This document shows, in pieces, positions 29,895 through 37,649 of a stretch of 64,000 bases of DNA. The position numbers were made by a program, and so were the translations under genes. Below the pieces are notes generated by a model. The model did not search any database and was not told the origin of the DNA. It saw only the letters and a list, made by a program, of their open reading frames with translations. Numbering within the stretch: position 1 is the first letter of the stretch; every line of letters begins with the position of its first letter. This DNA is from Verrucomicrobiia bacterium (GTDB taxonomy: Bacteria; Verrucomicrobiota; Verrucomicrobiia; Limisphaerales; UBA8199). The stretch is taken from the NCBI GenBank assembly GCA_035946615.1, contig DASYZB010000010.1:5235-69234 (forward strand). The letters are read 5' to 3'.

Positions 29895-31100
29895 TCACCG
29901 ATTGAACCACCCCAACTCCTCTTTGTGCGTGAGGTAAAGCAATCCCAGAATCCGCATGCCCACAGCGACGAGATAAAGGTACACCAGGGCCGAAATCAAT
30001 CCGGGCACAAACGGGACCGGAATGGCCGATACCAGTGCCCCTTCGACAAACCAGTGGAGCAAAAAAACGAGCACGAAGGCCGTCGCCGCCGCAAGATAAG
30101 GCAGGGGCACACGCAGAATCGACCAGGCCAGAGCGATGGGGTTCAACGCACCGAGGTGATCAAACATGGCCAGCGCCAGGGTCCCCATCGGAGCCAGCAG
30201 CATGCCGAGGCCAAGGGCGGCGAGATAAGCAATGGCGGCTTGCGTTTGGGTTCCGGGCCGCCAAACACCAATCAGAAACGATGGCCCGAAATAAAGCGCC
30301 AAAAGGGCCAGAAGCTGCAGGTAAGGCATGAGGATGTCGTCCTTCCAGTCGGTGAAATTCGGCCAGTCAGGCAGTTCTTTTTTCCCCTCGGCCGTCGAGG
30401 TGATGATGCTTTTGGCATAGCTGAACATGTAGCCTGTCACAATCAGCCCGATCAACGGCATCCATCCCAGCACGAAAAAGAACAGCGTGCCGACGACCAG
30501 CATGAGGACGCCACTGCCCTGGAATGGATAGAGCAACGAGCCGGGCAACAACGCGATAAAACCTTTTGGGGCTTTTACTTCTTCGCGCTGGATCTCGACG
30601 GGCTGGCATTCCGAACCGCACCGGCGGCAGAAGTGCCTGGTGATACCGTCAGCCAGCCGTGTTGTGACGCATAGCTCGCAAACGGCTTGGGCGCACCTGG
30701 GACACAAGTATCTCCCGAGCGCTGCCGGGTGGGATTTGCAGAACCTGTTCGTTGCGAGAGCCGCGCTAATCCGCCGGGGCAGGGGGGGCTCTTTGGTTTC
30801 TGTCTGGTCCGGCTCATCGGATTCATACCGCAGTTCCACCTCACCCAATCGGATGCGTTGGCCCGGCTTGAGCCTCGCTTGCTCGATAAGTTCCCCATCG
30901 ACAAACGTGCCTGCCGTCGATCCCAAGTCCTTCAGCCAGGCGGCGCTATCCGACATTGTCACCTGGCAATGGGAGCAGGACACCGAGGGGTGCTCGATGG
31001 GAACCTCGTTTCCCTCGCCACGTCCGAGGGAGATTGTTCCGGGGTGCAGTTCAATCGACCAGGCATCTGGCGTGTCCGGGTTGACAATAAGCCGCGGCAT
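29895..31100 (-). CDS. FHA-domain protein with a zinc-ribbon/B-box-like segment and a polytopic membrane C-terminus
   Basis: The N-terminal FHA domain reads ISLGRGEGNEVPIEHPSVSCSHCQV...GSTAGTFVDG. Cys clusters CKSHP..CPRC..CELC..CRRCG follow, then 6-7 hydrophobic helices. Confidence 0.75.
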   Translation of the reverse strand: MPRLIVNPDTPDAWSIELHPGTISLGRGEGNEVPIEHPSVSCSHCQVTMSDSAAWLKDLGSTAGTFVDGELIEQARLKPGQRIRLGEVELRYESDEPDQTETKEPPLPRRISAALATNRFCKSHPAALGRYLCPRCAQAVCELCVTTRLADGITRHFCRRCGSECQPVEIQREEVKAPKGFIALLPGSLLYPFQGSGVLMLVVGTLFFFVLGWMPLIGLIVTGYMFSYAKSIITSTAEGKKELPDWPNFTDWKDDILMPYLQLLALLALYFGPSFLIGVWRPGTQTQAAIAYLAALGLGMLLAPMGTLALAMFDHLGALNPIALAWSILRVPLPYLAAATAFVLVFLLHWFVEGALVSAIPVPFVPGLISALVYLYLVAVGMRILGLLYLTHKEELGWFNR

Positions 31101-31329
31101 GACGCTTCCGTGCTGTCGAGAATACCGGGGCCGCCCCGTTCCGCCAACGACAATTGCCGCAATTCGTTGCTAATTGCTAAGAGATCTAAGAGATGGGCTT
31201 GAAAGCGGCCATACTGTAAGAATGAATTTGTGCCTGGGATGAGGAAACAATAAAACTGGGGGACAGAATCATTCGGAATGGAGGGTTTACAGAAACAGCA
31301 AAGGCTCACCATGCGCCAATCCTGGCGCA

Positions 31330-31357
31330 ATTGAACATAACATACATTGTGCGAAGC
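31330..31357 (-). other. dif: dif-like XerC/XerD recombination site
   Basis: The minus strand reads GCTTCGCACAA-TGTATG-TTATGTTCAAT. A hand alignment to the E. coli dif core gives 23/28 identities (8/11, 5/6, 10/11). Confidence 0.7.
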
Positions 31358-31395
31358 CGCCTCAATTTCAAATTCATTCGCTTACATCAATCCAA

Positions 31396-32262
31396 ATGAG
31401 CAAACCAAACCTCATCCAATTTGGGACTGCCGTGGGCTTTTACCGCAATCCCCGAGTCCGCGAACTCTATGACCGGCTCAAAAAAGAGATACCGAGGAAG
31501 GTAGATTTTGCCGAGTTGGCGCCGATGCTTTTTCAGGTGGTTATGTCCGCTGCTGCCGAGAACCAGATCGACGGTGACTTTGCAAGCTACAACGCCAACC
31601 GCTGGTGCGAGATTTTCCTGGCGAACCATGTGCAAGTAACGCTCAAGGAAGCTTCGCTGATCCGGGTTTTGTTTAAAGACATCGGCTTATTCGAGGGGGA
31701 CAAAATCCGTTCCTGGGCCAAGTTCAACCGGCACCTGGCCGACTACGAGGGTATCGTCAAAGCTAAGAGACGAGCAGGCAAACTTTCGGCAAAGAGGCGC
31801 GAACAAGACGCCCGATCAGCCCTCAAAGGAGGTCGAAAAAACGACGAAATTTCCGCTTCGGAACCCGAAAAAAGCGCTTCCGAAAATGGTTCTGCGAGCA
31901 AGCAACTTTGGCTCATCGAAAAGGGTCTGGAAAAGGCCAAAGGCAAAGCCCGCCGGGAGCTGCTGGTCAAGAAGGAACGTCTCCTGAGCGGTGAGCTTGG
32001 CGTTGACCTCTCCGAGCCAGCGCCGGCAGCTCGCCCGCCGGCGCCCAAGGCGCAAAAGGAAACTCCGGGCGGATGGCAGCGGACGCTGCTCAGCTCTGCG
32101 CGGCAACTGCTGGCCGATTCACCGGAGCTGCTCACCGAGAAGATGGTTATCGCCCTGGCCAACGCGCGCGCCAAATTCCCGGAGGACGTTTACCAGAGAT
32201 TTCGCAAGGTCCTTGACGGCCTTGCCGAAAAAGAAGCCGGAGACAATCCCGTCCCCGGCTAA
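31396..32262 (+). CDS. Hypothetical protein, possibly replisome-organizer/DnaD-like (288 aa)
   Basis: The N-terminal ~130 aa end in LIRVLFKDIGLFEGDKIRSWAKFNRH, which resembles the winged-helix end of phage replisome-organizer N-domains. A Lys/Arg/Glu-rich linker and a helical C-terminus follow. Confidence 0.45.
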   Translation: MSKPNLIQFGTAVGFYRNPRVRELYDRLKKEIPRKVDFAELAPMLFQVVMSAAAENQIDGDFASYNANRWCEIFLANHVQVTLKEASLIRVLFKDIGLFEGDKIRSWAKFNRHLADYEGIVKAKRRAGKLSAKRREQDARSALKGGRKNDEISASEPEKSASENGSASKQLWLIEKGLEKAKGKARRELLVKKERLLSGELGVDLSEPAPAARPPAPKAQKETPGGWQRTLLSSARQLLADSPELLTEKMVIALANARAKFPEDVYQRFRKVLDGLAEKEAGDNPVPG

Positions 32263-32286
32263 ATATCAGAACCGAAAGGAAGCATC

Positions 32287-32562
32287 ATGCAAAAACCAGA
32301 ACCTGTCACGGAGGAAGTTATCCGCGAGGACCTCAGCGTCAATTCCGACGATGGAGGCGAGCCTGCCGTTGCGCGTGGCATCAGCAAGACGCCGCTGATC
32401 AACCGCGAGCATGTCCGGGCCCTGCTGCTGGACCTGGCCAAGGCCCGGGCGCACAAATATACGCGAGTCAGCGAAGAAACGCTGCTCACCGTCAACGAAA
32501 TCGTCCGGGCCCATTGCGTGTATCACGTAGGGCGATTCCCATCGAAAGGCAAAACGCTATGA
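32287..32562 (+). CDS. Hypothetical protein (91 aa)
   Basis: Normal composition. Its stop overlaps the next start as ATGA. Confidence 0.55.
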   Translation: MQKPEPVTEEVIREDLSVNSDDGGEPAVARGISKTPLINREHVRALLLDLAKARAHKYTRVSEETLLTVNEIVRAHCVYHVGRFPSKGKTL

Positions 32563-32951
32563 GCGACTACGAACCCTCGGCGGCCACCGTGCTCGACTGG
32601 CTGCACTCAAATTTAGGCGGAGCCGCCCTTGCTCCGCTGACGGGCAGCGACACTCACGCGCTGCGGGCAGCGGTGCAAATCATGGAGCAATATGCCTACG
32701 ACCGGCACCCGGGACTGCTCAATGCGTTTGCTGAGGTGGTCGGGCGGATGCAACCAAAGACGCGGGAGCTAGCTTACCACGCAATCGCCCACCCTCTCGA
32801 CTGGAGCGACCGTGCACGGGTATGGGCCGAGGCCGGACTGGGAACACCGGTTTTTTTTCAACCGCGCATGAAGTGCTCATTCGAGCCGGGCGGCTCTCGC
32901 ATCGATCACCTGGAGCTAGAGCAGAAAGAAGGTGAGGCGGAGAGCTTATGA
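32559..32951 (+). CDS. Hypothetical protein (130 aa)
   Basis: The internal ATG at 32559 overlaps the upstream stop (ATGA), and the downstream junction is also ATGA. Confidence 0.55.
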   Translation: MSDYEPSAATVLDWLHSNLGGAALAPLTGSDTHALRAAVQIMEQYAYDRHPGLLNAFAEVVGRMQPKTRELAYHAIAHPLDWSDRARVWAEAGLGTPVFFQPRMKCSFEPGGSRIDHLELEQKEGEAESL

Positions 32952-33124
32952 TTTCCGATTTTGAATTCTTCGAGAACGCGGAACGCATCAAGCAGCTTGA
33001 GGCTCTTCAAAAGGAGCTTCTTGAAAAGAAGATGGCCCGGCTCAAAGCCCAGATACAGAAGCTTTGCCAGGATTCTGCGGAACGGAAGGCCCAGGACAGG
33101 TTAAAGAGAAAGGAGCAAAAATGA
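32948..33124 (+). CDS. Hypothetical coiled-coil protein (58 aa; below the track cut-off)
   Basis: My own translation is MISDFEFFENAERIKQLEALQKELLEKKMARLKAQIQKLCQDSAERKAQDRLKRKEQK. Both junctions are ATGA overlaps. Confidence 0.45.
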   Translation: MISDFEFFENAERIKQLEALQKELLEKKMARLKAQIQKLCQDSAERKAQDRLKRKEQK

Positions 33125-33333
33125 AAGCAACAAAAAGACCGAGGCTGAGTTCTGCTCAACCTCGGTTAGGAGCGCGATTGGAACTCGCGCTAACAACAGG
33201 CGGGTGGTGGTGCCACGATTGTCAGAGTCACACCGAGCGCATTGAGAGCGAGCAGGGTGAGCCTGCAAGTTGCGCCGGATGCGGCTCTCACCGAATCGAA
33301 TACCAACCGCCGATCACATCAGCAACTCTATGA
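33121..33333 (+). CDS. Small zinc-ribbon protein (70 aa)
   Basis: CHDC...CAGC forms a CxxC-x19-CxxC arrangement. Both ends have ATGA junctions. Confidence 0.5.
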   Translation: MKATKRPRLSSAQPRLGARLELALTTGGWWCHDCQSHTERIESEQGEPASCAGCGSHRIEYQPPITSATL

Positions 33334-33569
33334 CCAAAGAAATTTTAATCCAGATAATTCCCGATGAGCGGACGCGGTTTCTGTGCTCTGACCACGAGCT
33401 GATGGACAGCCTGGCTTCGGCCATAAAACCAATGGTGAAGGGCTGCCTCAAGGTTTGGACCACAGGGCCAATCCCGGAAATCAAGATCGTGCCAAAGGGC
33501 GAAATGAGCGCCGGCGAAACAGTGCGGAGCGCGCTGGACGATCCGAGTGATGTTCCGCCCTGGCGATGA
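33330..33569 (+). CDS. Hypothetical protein (79 aa)
   Basis: ATGA-coupled at both ends. Confidence 0.5.
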   Translation: MTKEILIQIIPDERTRFLCSDHELMDSLASAIKPMVKGCLKVWTTGPIPEIKIVPKGEMSAGETVRSALDDPSDVPPWR

Positions 33570-33757
33570 GTGCCGAGGACGCACTGCGGTTCCTCGACCA
33601 CGAGTCCGGCTATTGCCGCTGCCACGATCAGCACGAAGCTTTGTGCCTGCTCTTGCCGGGCCTGCTCCGGGTCCTGGACCTCGAGCCGATGAACAGTTAC
33701 GAGGCTGAGAAATTCCGCAGCGAATTCCGCAAGGCGCTCAGGGAGGCCAAATGTTGA
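33566..33757 (+). CDS. Hypothetical protein (63 aa)
   Basis: The start is ATGA-coupled. Confidence 0.45.
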   Translation: MSAEDALRFLDHESGYCRCHDQHEALCLLLPGLLRVLDLEPMNSYEAEKFRSEFRKALREAKC

Positions 33758-33936
33758 AAGACTACCTTTGGTTCGGTCTGGCCTATCTGGCAACGCTGCT
33801 GCTGTTCGCGGCCGCCTTTGGGGGAGGCTGCTGCGTTGGCCGCTGGTCCAAGGAACTGGAAGAGCTGCGCAAGCTTCCGCCTTGGCCAGGACGAAAGGAG
33901 CATCGCGCTGAAAACTACACTGAGCGAATTGGTTGA
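33751..33936 (+). CDS. Small membrane protein (61 aa)
   Basis: One hydrophobic helix (WFGLAYLATLLLFAAAFGGG). It overlaps the previous gene by 7 nt. Confidence 0.45.
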   Translation: MLKDYLWFGLAYLATLLLFAAAFGGGCCVGRWSKELEELRKLPPWPGRKEHRAENYTERIG

Positions 33937-33964
33937 AAGCTCCGAGCAATTGCCCGGCGCTTTG

Positions 33965-34198
33965 ATGATGCAGGTTTGTCTCGAGGACGAGCTCGGAGCC
34001 GACCTGGCGCTGCCGCTGGCGAAGAAGGCGAGCACGACGGCTGAACGGATGCGGCGCTACCGTGCCCGTAAAATCCTTTACCGGCATCTTCTGCGGGCGC
34101 GCTCTCTGGGCTTGCCCATCTCTGACGCCATCCAGCTTTTGCATGCTGCCTGGCAAAACAAGCCTCCCCAAAAATGCCCTCCCCGATTCTCAGCGTAA
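33965..34198 (+). CDS. Hypothetical protein, or an upstream relic of the MTase pseudogene
   Basis: It lies in the same frame as the MTase remnant and is separated from it only by a TAA at 34196-34198. It ends in KPPQKCPPRFSA, which loosely resembles the PCQxFS catalytic motif. Confidence 0.3.
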   Translation: MMQVCLEDELGADLALPLAKKASTTAERMRRYRARKILYRHLLRARSLGLPISDAIQLLHAAWQNKPPQKCPPRFSA

Positions 34199-34477
34199 CG
34201 CAGATCGGCGTTACGGCCCTGGCTCGATGAGTCACAACCTGAGCCAAGCTGGTTCCTGCTCGAGAACGTGCCCGGGGTTCCGGACATTCACATTTCGGGC
34301 TACCAGGTCCAGCGGTTCAACTTGTTCGCCCATGAGTTTGGTTTAAGACAAAGCCGCAACCGCTCGTTCCAGTTTGGCAGCCGTGACGGCCGTCCACTTC
34401 AGCGGAATTGCCGTCCAATCGAGCCTGGCCAAAAAGGCTTGAAAAAGGAAGGCGCTAGTAGGAAAGTTGCACCATGA
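34199..34477 (+). pseudogene. DNA (cytosine-5)-methyltransferase remnant (ENV and QxRxR motifs only)
   Basis: The reading is PSWFLLENVPGV...FGLRQSRNRSFQFG. Motif I, the target-recognition domain and motifs IX/X are absent. Confidence 0.6.
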
Positions 34478-34734
34478 GCGCCACAGTTTTACGCGAAAAG
34501 CGCCAGACCACCCTGCCGGTCGAGGTGGTTGAAGCAGCCGGCCTGAAACCAAACGACCAAGTGGACTGGCGTTTCCAGGACGGCGAGATACGCGGACGGA
34601 AGCTCGAGCCGGTCAGGCCCATCCCCAGGCTTAAACCGCTCCGAGTAAAGGGCCGGCTGCGCCCTCCTGATGGCTTCAAGCCATCCCGCCAGATCATTGC
34701 GGCCGCCGTTCGCGCAGACCGGGACGATAGATGA
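34474..34734 (+). CDS. vapB: AbrB/SpoVT-type antitoxin (VapB-like)
   Basis: KRQTTLPVEVVEAAGLKPNDQVDW is a swapped-hairpin AbrB motif. It overlaps the PIN gene as ATGA. Confidence 0.75.
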   Translation: MSATVLREKRQTTLPVEVVEAAGLKPNDQVDWRFQDGEIRGRKLEPVRPIPRLKPLRVKGRLRPPDGFKPSRQIIAAAVRADRDDR

Positions 34735-35126
34735 GGCGTTACTGGGACAGCTCCGCGTTGCTGGACGCCTTTTTCGAGTCCAGGATTGAGTCCTTAGTCC
34801 GGGAACCGGACCAATGGACAAGGCCCCACACCCTTGCTGAGATGTTTTCGGCCCTTACGGGGGGACGGTTAGGCGGACAATTCCATCCAGCCGACGCGTC
34901 CGCCATCGTCCGCGAGTTGACGGAGACCATGAATTTTGTCGAGCTGGACGCCAAAGAGGTTCAAGCGGCACTGGATTCGGCGGACAAGCACGGCGTCCGG
35001 GGAGGGAACGTCCATGATTGGATGCACGCCACGGCTGCAAAGAAAGCCGGCGCTATCGTCCTGCTAACCGACAATTCCACGGACTTCCAGAATTTGGCGG
35101 ACGGATTCGCCGTCGAGGCTCCTTAA
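34731..35126 (+). CDS. vapC: PIN-domain toxin (VapC-like)
   Basis: Acidic residues are in PIN positions (YWDSSAL, AEMF, LLTDNSTDF). It has the classic two-gene arrangement. Confidence 0.8.
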   Translation: MRRYWDSSALLDAFFESRIESLVREPDQWTRPHTLAEMFSALTGGRLGGQFHPADASAIVRELTETMNFVELDAKEVQAALDSADKHGVRGGNVHDWMHATAAKKAGAIVLLTDNSTDFQNLADGFAVEAP

Positions 35127-35749
35127 AACAGTTTCCCGGACAGTTTTGTCCGGGTTAGGCGATTCCAGGACAGGAAACTCCCCAAGGGCAATCCCTGGAC
35201 AGCCTCCGCATCGGCCCCCAATCGCCGGACACAAGCCAATTCCTTGGGTTCATCAAGGCGGAAACAGACCAGTTCGGTGGACTGTCCGGTAATGGAGGCA
35301 TTAATCAAACTCGGACTCTGAGTGGCGGAGACAAGCTCCGTGTCCTCTTCACGGCCAAGGCGGACAAGCCTGTCCAGCTCTCGGGGAATGTCCTCGCGGT
35401 CCTGCCATTGCCAGATTTCGTCCACCAATACCAGTTTCTTGCCCGGACCGCGTTGGGACGCTGCATACACCCAATCGCAGAAAAACCGGAAAGCGGCTTT
35501 GTAGTCGCCATCCGGGAACATCCGGGCAGGATTAAAGATGACCCATCTCGAGGCCAGCGCCGCCTCGAGTTCGGCGGACGTGTAGCATGGACGGAGATTG
35601 AGCCGGGTGGCAGCCCGGCCCAGGTCATCGAACAAGAACCGGCAGGCAGCCGGCGCGTTCAGCAGGTAGCGATAGGCAAAGGTGGATTTCCCGCTGCCGG
35701 ACATGCCGACAATCAGCGTGTTGGCCAGCTCGAGGGTGTAATCGGCCAT
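35123..35749 (-). CDS. Small P-loop NTPase, FtsK/HerA/VirB4-like (possible virion packaging/morphogenesis ATPase)
   Basis: Walker A GMSGSGKST and Walker B LVLVDEIW are followed by RLGREEDTELVSATQSP. It is 208 aa with no TM helix. Confidence 0.65.
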   Translation of the reverse strand: MADYTLELANTLIVGMSGSGKSTFAYRYLLNAPAACRFLFDDLGRAATRLNLRPCYTSAELEAALASRWVIFNPARMFPDGDYKAAFRFFCDWVYAASQRGPGKKLVLVDEIWQWQDREDIPRELDRLVRLGREEDTELVSATQSPSLINASITGQSTELVCFRLDEPKELACVRRLGADAEAVQGLPLGSFLSWNRLTRTKLSGKLF

Positions 35750-35813
35750 CTGCTCAATGAGTCACACCCTGGTTCAGCCGGTCCAAGGGCCAGAAGGAGC
35801 AAGGTGTAGTGCA

Positions 35814-36263
35814 TTATTTTTCTTTCTCTTTCTGTGGTTCTTGTTTTGGAGGAGGCTGGAGATTCTGCAAAGCAATCAGCTTATCGAGCCGGCGCAAGAG
35901 CTTGACGTGGTGTCCGCCGATGAGCGCCAGCGAGCTGACCAGGACAGCCACGTCTTTATACTCGGGACTGATGCCAGTCGCGTTGAGCAGTTTGGCCGCC
36001 ACACGCGGCGCTGAAATCTCGAGGCCGCGCTTGCCCACAGTCGGCCATTTAGCCGAATCCTGGATTTCCTGGACGATCTCTCCGGGCAGCCTGGCCTTTT
36101 CCGCACGGCTGCTAACCTGTAGGGCCATTCCCTCTTCCAACGCCGGGATCAACTGTTCGCAGATCGGTTTGAGTTCCTCCGGGTCCCAAGGTACAGGCGG
36201 AGGACTTTGAGGAAAAGCCACACCGCCCGCACCAACAGGCGCCGCTTGAGGCGAGTTAGCCAC
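35814..36263 (-). CDS. Hypothetical protein (149 aa, GTG start), upstream of the ATPase
   Basis: Pro-rich N-terminus, helical core and a Lys/Glu/Pro tail. It is co-oriented with the ATPase. Confidence 0.5.
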   Translation of the reverse strand: MANSPQAAPVGAGGVAFPQSPPPVPWDPEELKPICEQLIPALEEGMALQVSSRAEKARLPGEIVQEIQDSAKWPTVGKRGLEISAPRVAAKLLNATGISPEYKDVAVLVSSLALIGGHHVKLLRRLDKLIALQNLQPPPKQEPQKEKEK

Positions 36264-36457
36264 AGCCGCGGCGCTCGGCAGTGGCGGAGGTTCTGGGGAA
36301 CGCTGCTTGCGCTTGCGCTGCGCATCTTTCTTCCGGTCGGCTTCGATGGCCTCGGGTGATCCTGGGACAAGGCCGTCCAGGCGTTTGCGTCCGCCTCGCA
36401 GGCCTCCATGCTTTGTAGCTGCTTCGCCAGCAGAAAGCGGAGCGGAAAAAACTCGAA

Positions 36458-37036
36458 GTGAGTTTGTATTGCAACGGGATTTACATTACGAACAATCCCA
36501 CTTGGGCGGTTCAAATCTTCAACACGGGCGACACCACGCCGCCCCGTTTCAAAATCGCCAGCAATGGGTCCGCCTCGCAGCACTTTTGGCAGTTTCAAAA
36601 GGACCTGGAAAGCAACGGGAGTCAGTTTGAGTTCTACTCGAGCACCAATGGGGGCAGCAACGTGAACCTCACTCTGACGCTTGACCCATTCAGCGGCAAT
36701 GAAAATCTGGTGTTCGGAAAGTACGTCGGCAACCTGGCCGGGGCCACAAATGTAAGCTCTACGGTGCTTGCCAGCTCGGCCGATGTGGCTCTTAAGGGCT
36801 TCGAGGAATACGTCTTCCTGGCCGGCAACCATACTTGCACCCTCGGCAGCGCTGCCACCAACGCGGGACATTCGGTCTCGATCACCTGCACCAGCGCCGG
36901 CACGAATGCGATTCTGCCTATTTTGAGCCAAACGATCACCGGTGCCAGCAAGTGGACTAACGGAGCCATTTACACCGTCACCAAGCTCATCAGCGACGGG
37001 TCCAACTGGCAGATAGCCGGCTCTCGAGGAAACTGA
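36458..37036 (+). CDS. Beta-rich Ser/Thr/Asn/Gly-rich structural-type protein (192 aa, GTG start)
   Basis: No helices are evident. The C-terminus TKLISDGSNWQIAG is reminiscent of phage fibre/adsorption protein ends. Confidence 0.5.
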   Translation: MSLYCNGIYITNNPTWAVQIFNTGDTTPPRFKIASNGSASQHFWQFQKDLESNGSQFEFYSSTNGGSNVNLTLTLDPFSGNENLVFGKYVGNLAGATNVSSTVLASSADVALKGFEEYVFLAGNHTCTLGSAATNAGHSVSITCTSAGTNAILPILSQTITGASKWTNGAIYTVTKLISDGSNWQIAGSRGN

Positions 37037-37038
37037 TT

Positions 37039-37461
37039 ATGGCCTGGTTCGGACTCGATAAACTTTTTTTGGGGTACGACCTGACTGCCCAGCAGCAGCA
37101 GAGCAACGCCCTCGACGCGCAGATCAACAACGTCAACCAGGCGCTGCAAACGGCCGGTTACGTCCCGCCAGGCTATGCCGAACAGGCCGCTGCCGACATT
37201 GCGGCGGGGGACAACAGCACGGGCGCGGGCGACGTGGTTCAAAGCGTGGATTCCGAATTCGTGGCCGGGGCTAAGCAGGGCCTTGACAACGTGCTGACCG
37301 CGCCCGGCAAAGTCGTTGGGGCAGTCGGTTCGGGGGCCTCGACTCTCTTAGGCGGCATAATCAAAGCAATTCCCTGGTGGGTCTGGCTCGGAGCCGCCGC
37401 GGCCCTGTTCGTCTGGATGGGCGGCCTCGAGCTGCTGAAAGGAAGGTTCGCGCGAAAATGA
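37039..37461 (+). CDS. Gly/Ala-rich protein with a C-terminal TM helix and basic tail (140 aa)
   Basis: The C-terminus reads ...AIPWWVWLGAAAALFVWMGGLELLKGRFARK. Confidence 0.55.
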   Translation: MAWFGLDKLFLGYDLTAQQQQSNALDAQINNVNQALQTAGYVPPGYAEQAAADIAAGDNSTGAGDVVQSVDSEFVAGAKQGLDNVLTAPGKVVGAVGSGASTLLGGIIKAIPWWVWLGAAAALFVWMGGLELLKGRFARK

Positions 37462-37649
37462 CTCAGCAAGACTCTTTACGCCTTGTGCTTGTCCGCATCG
37501 AAACAAAGGTCGATCTGCTTATAGCTAATGACGGCGACAAGGAGAAGCGAATCCGCAAGCTTGAACGCCGCGACGGCATCGTGGCCGGTGCTTCCGGCAT
37601 CGCAGCAATTTTGTCCCCAATCGTTTGGAAAAAGTTATTCGGTTTATGA
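37458..37649 (+). CDS. XhlA-like architecture: short coiled coil plus a C-terminal TM helix (63 aa)
   Basis: RIETKVDLL...KRIRKLERRDGIVAGASGIAAILSPIVWKKLFGL. Both ends have ATGA junctions. Confidence 0.5.
   Translation: MTQQDSLRLVLVRIETKVDLLIANDGDKEKRIRKLERRDGIVAGASGIAAILSPIVWKKLFGL

Noticed and set aside
31590-31650. The motif ANHVQVTL in the 288-aa island protein, considered as an HUH/HUQ rolling-circle Rep motif.
   Set aside because: It is a single tripeptide with no accompanying motif I or catalytic Tyr motif. The surrounding sequence looks more like a winged-helix replisome organizer.
36149-36931. A 260-aa minus-strand ORF spanning the divergent region of the island.
   Set aside because: It overlaps both the 149-aa minus-strand gene (in a different frame) and the 192-aa plus-strand gene. 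Its composition is Arg-rich and implausible. The 36264-36457 part is better explained as an intergenic control region.
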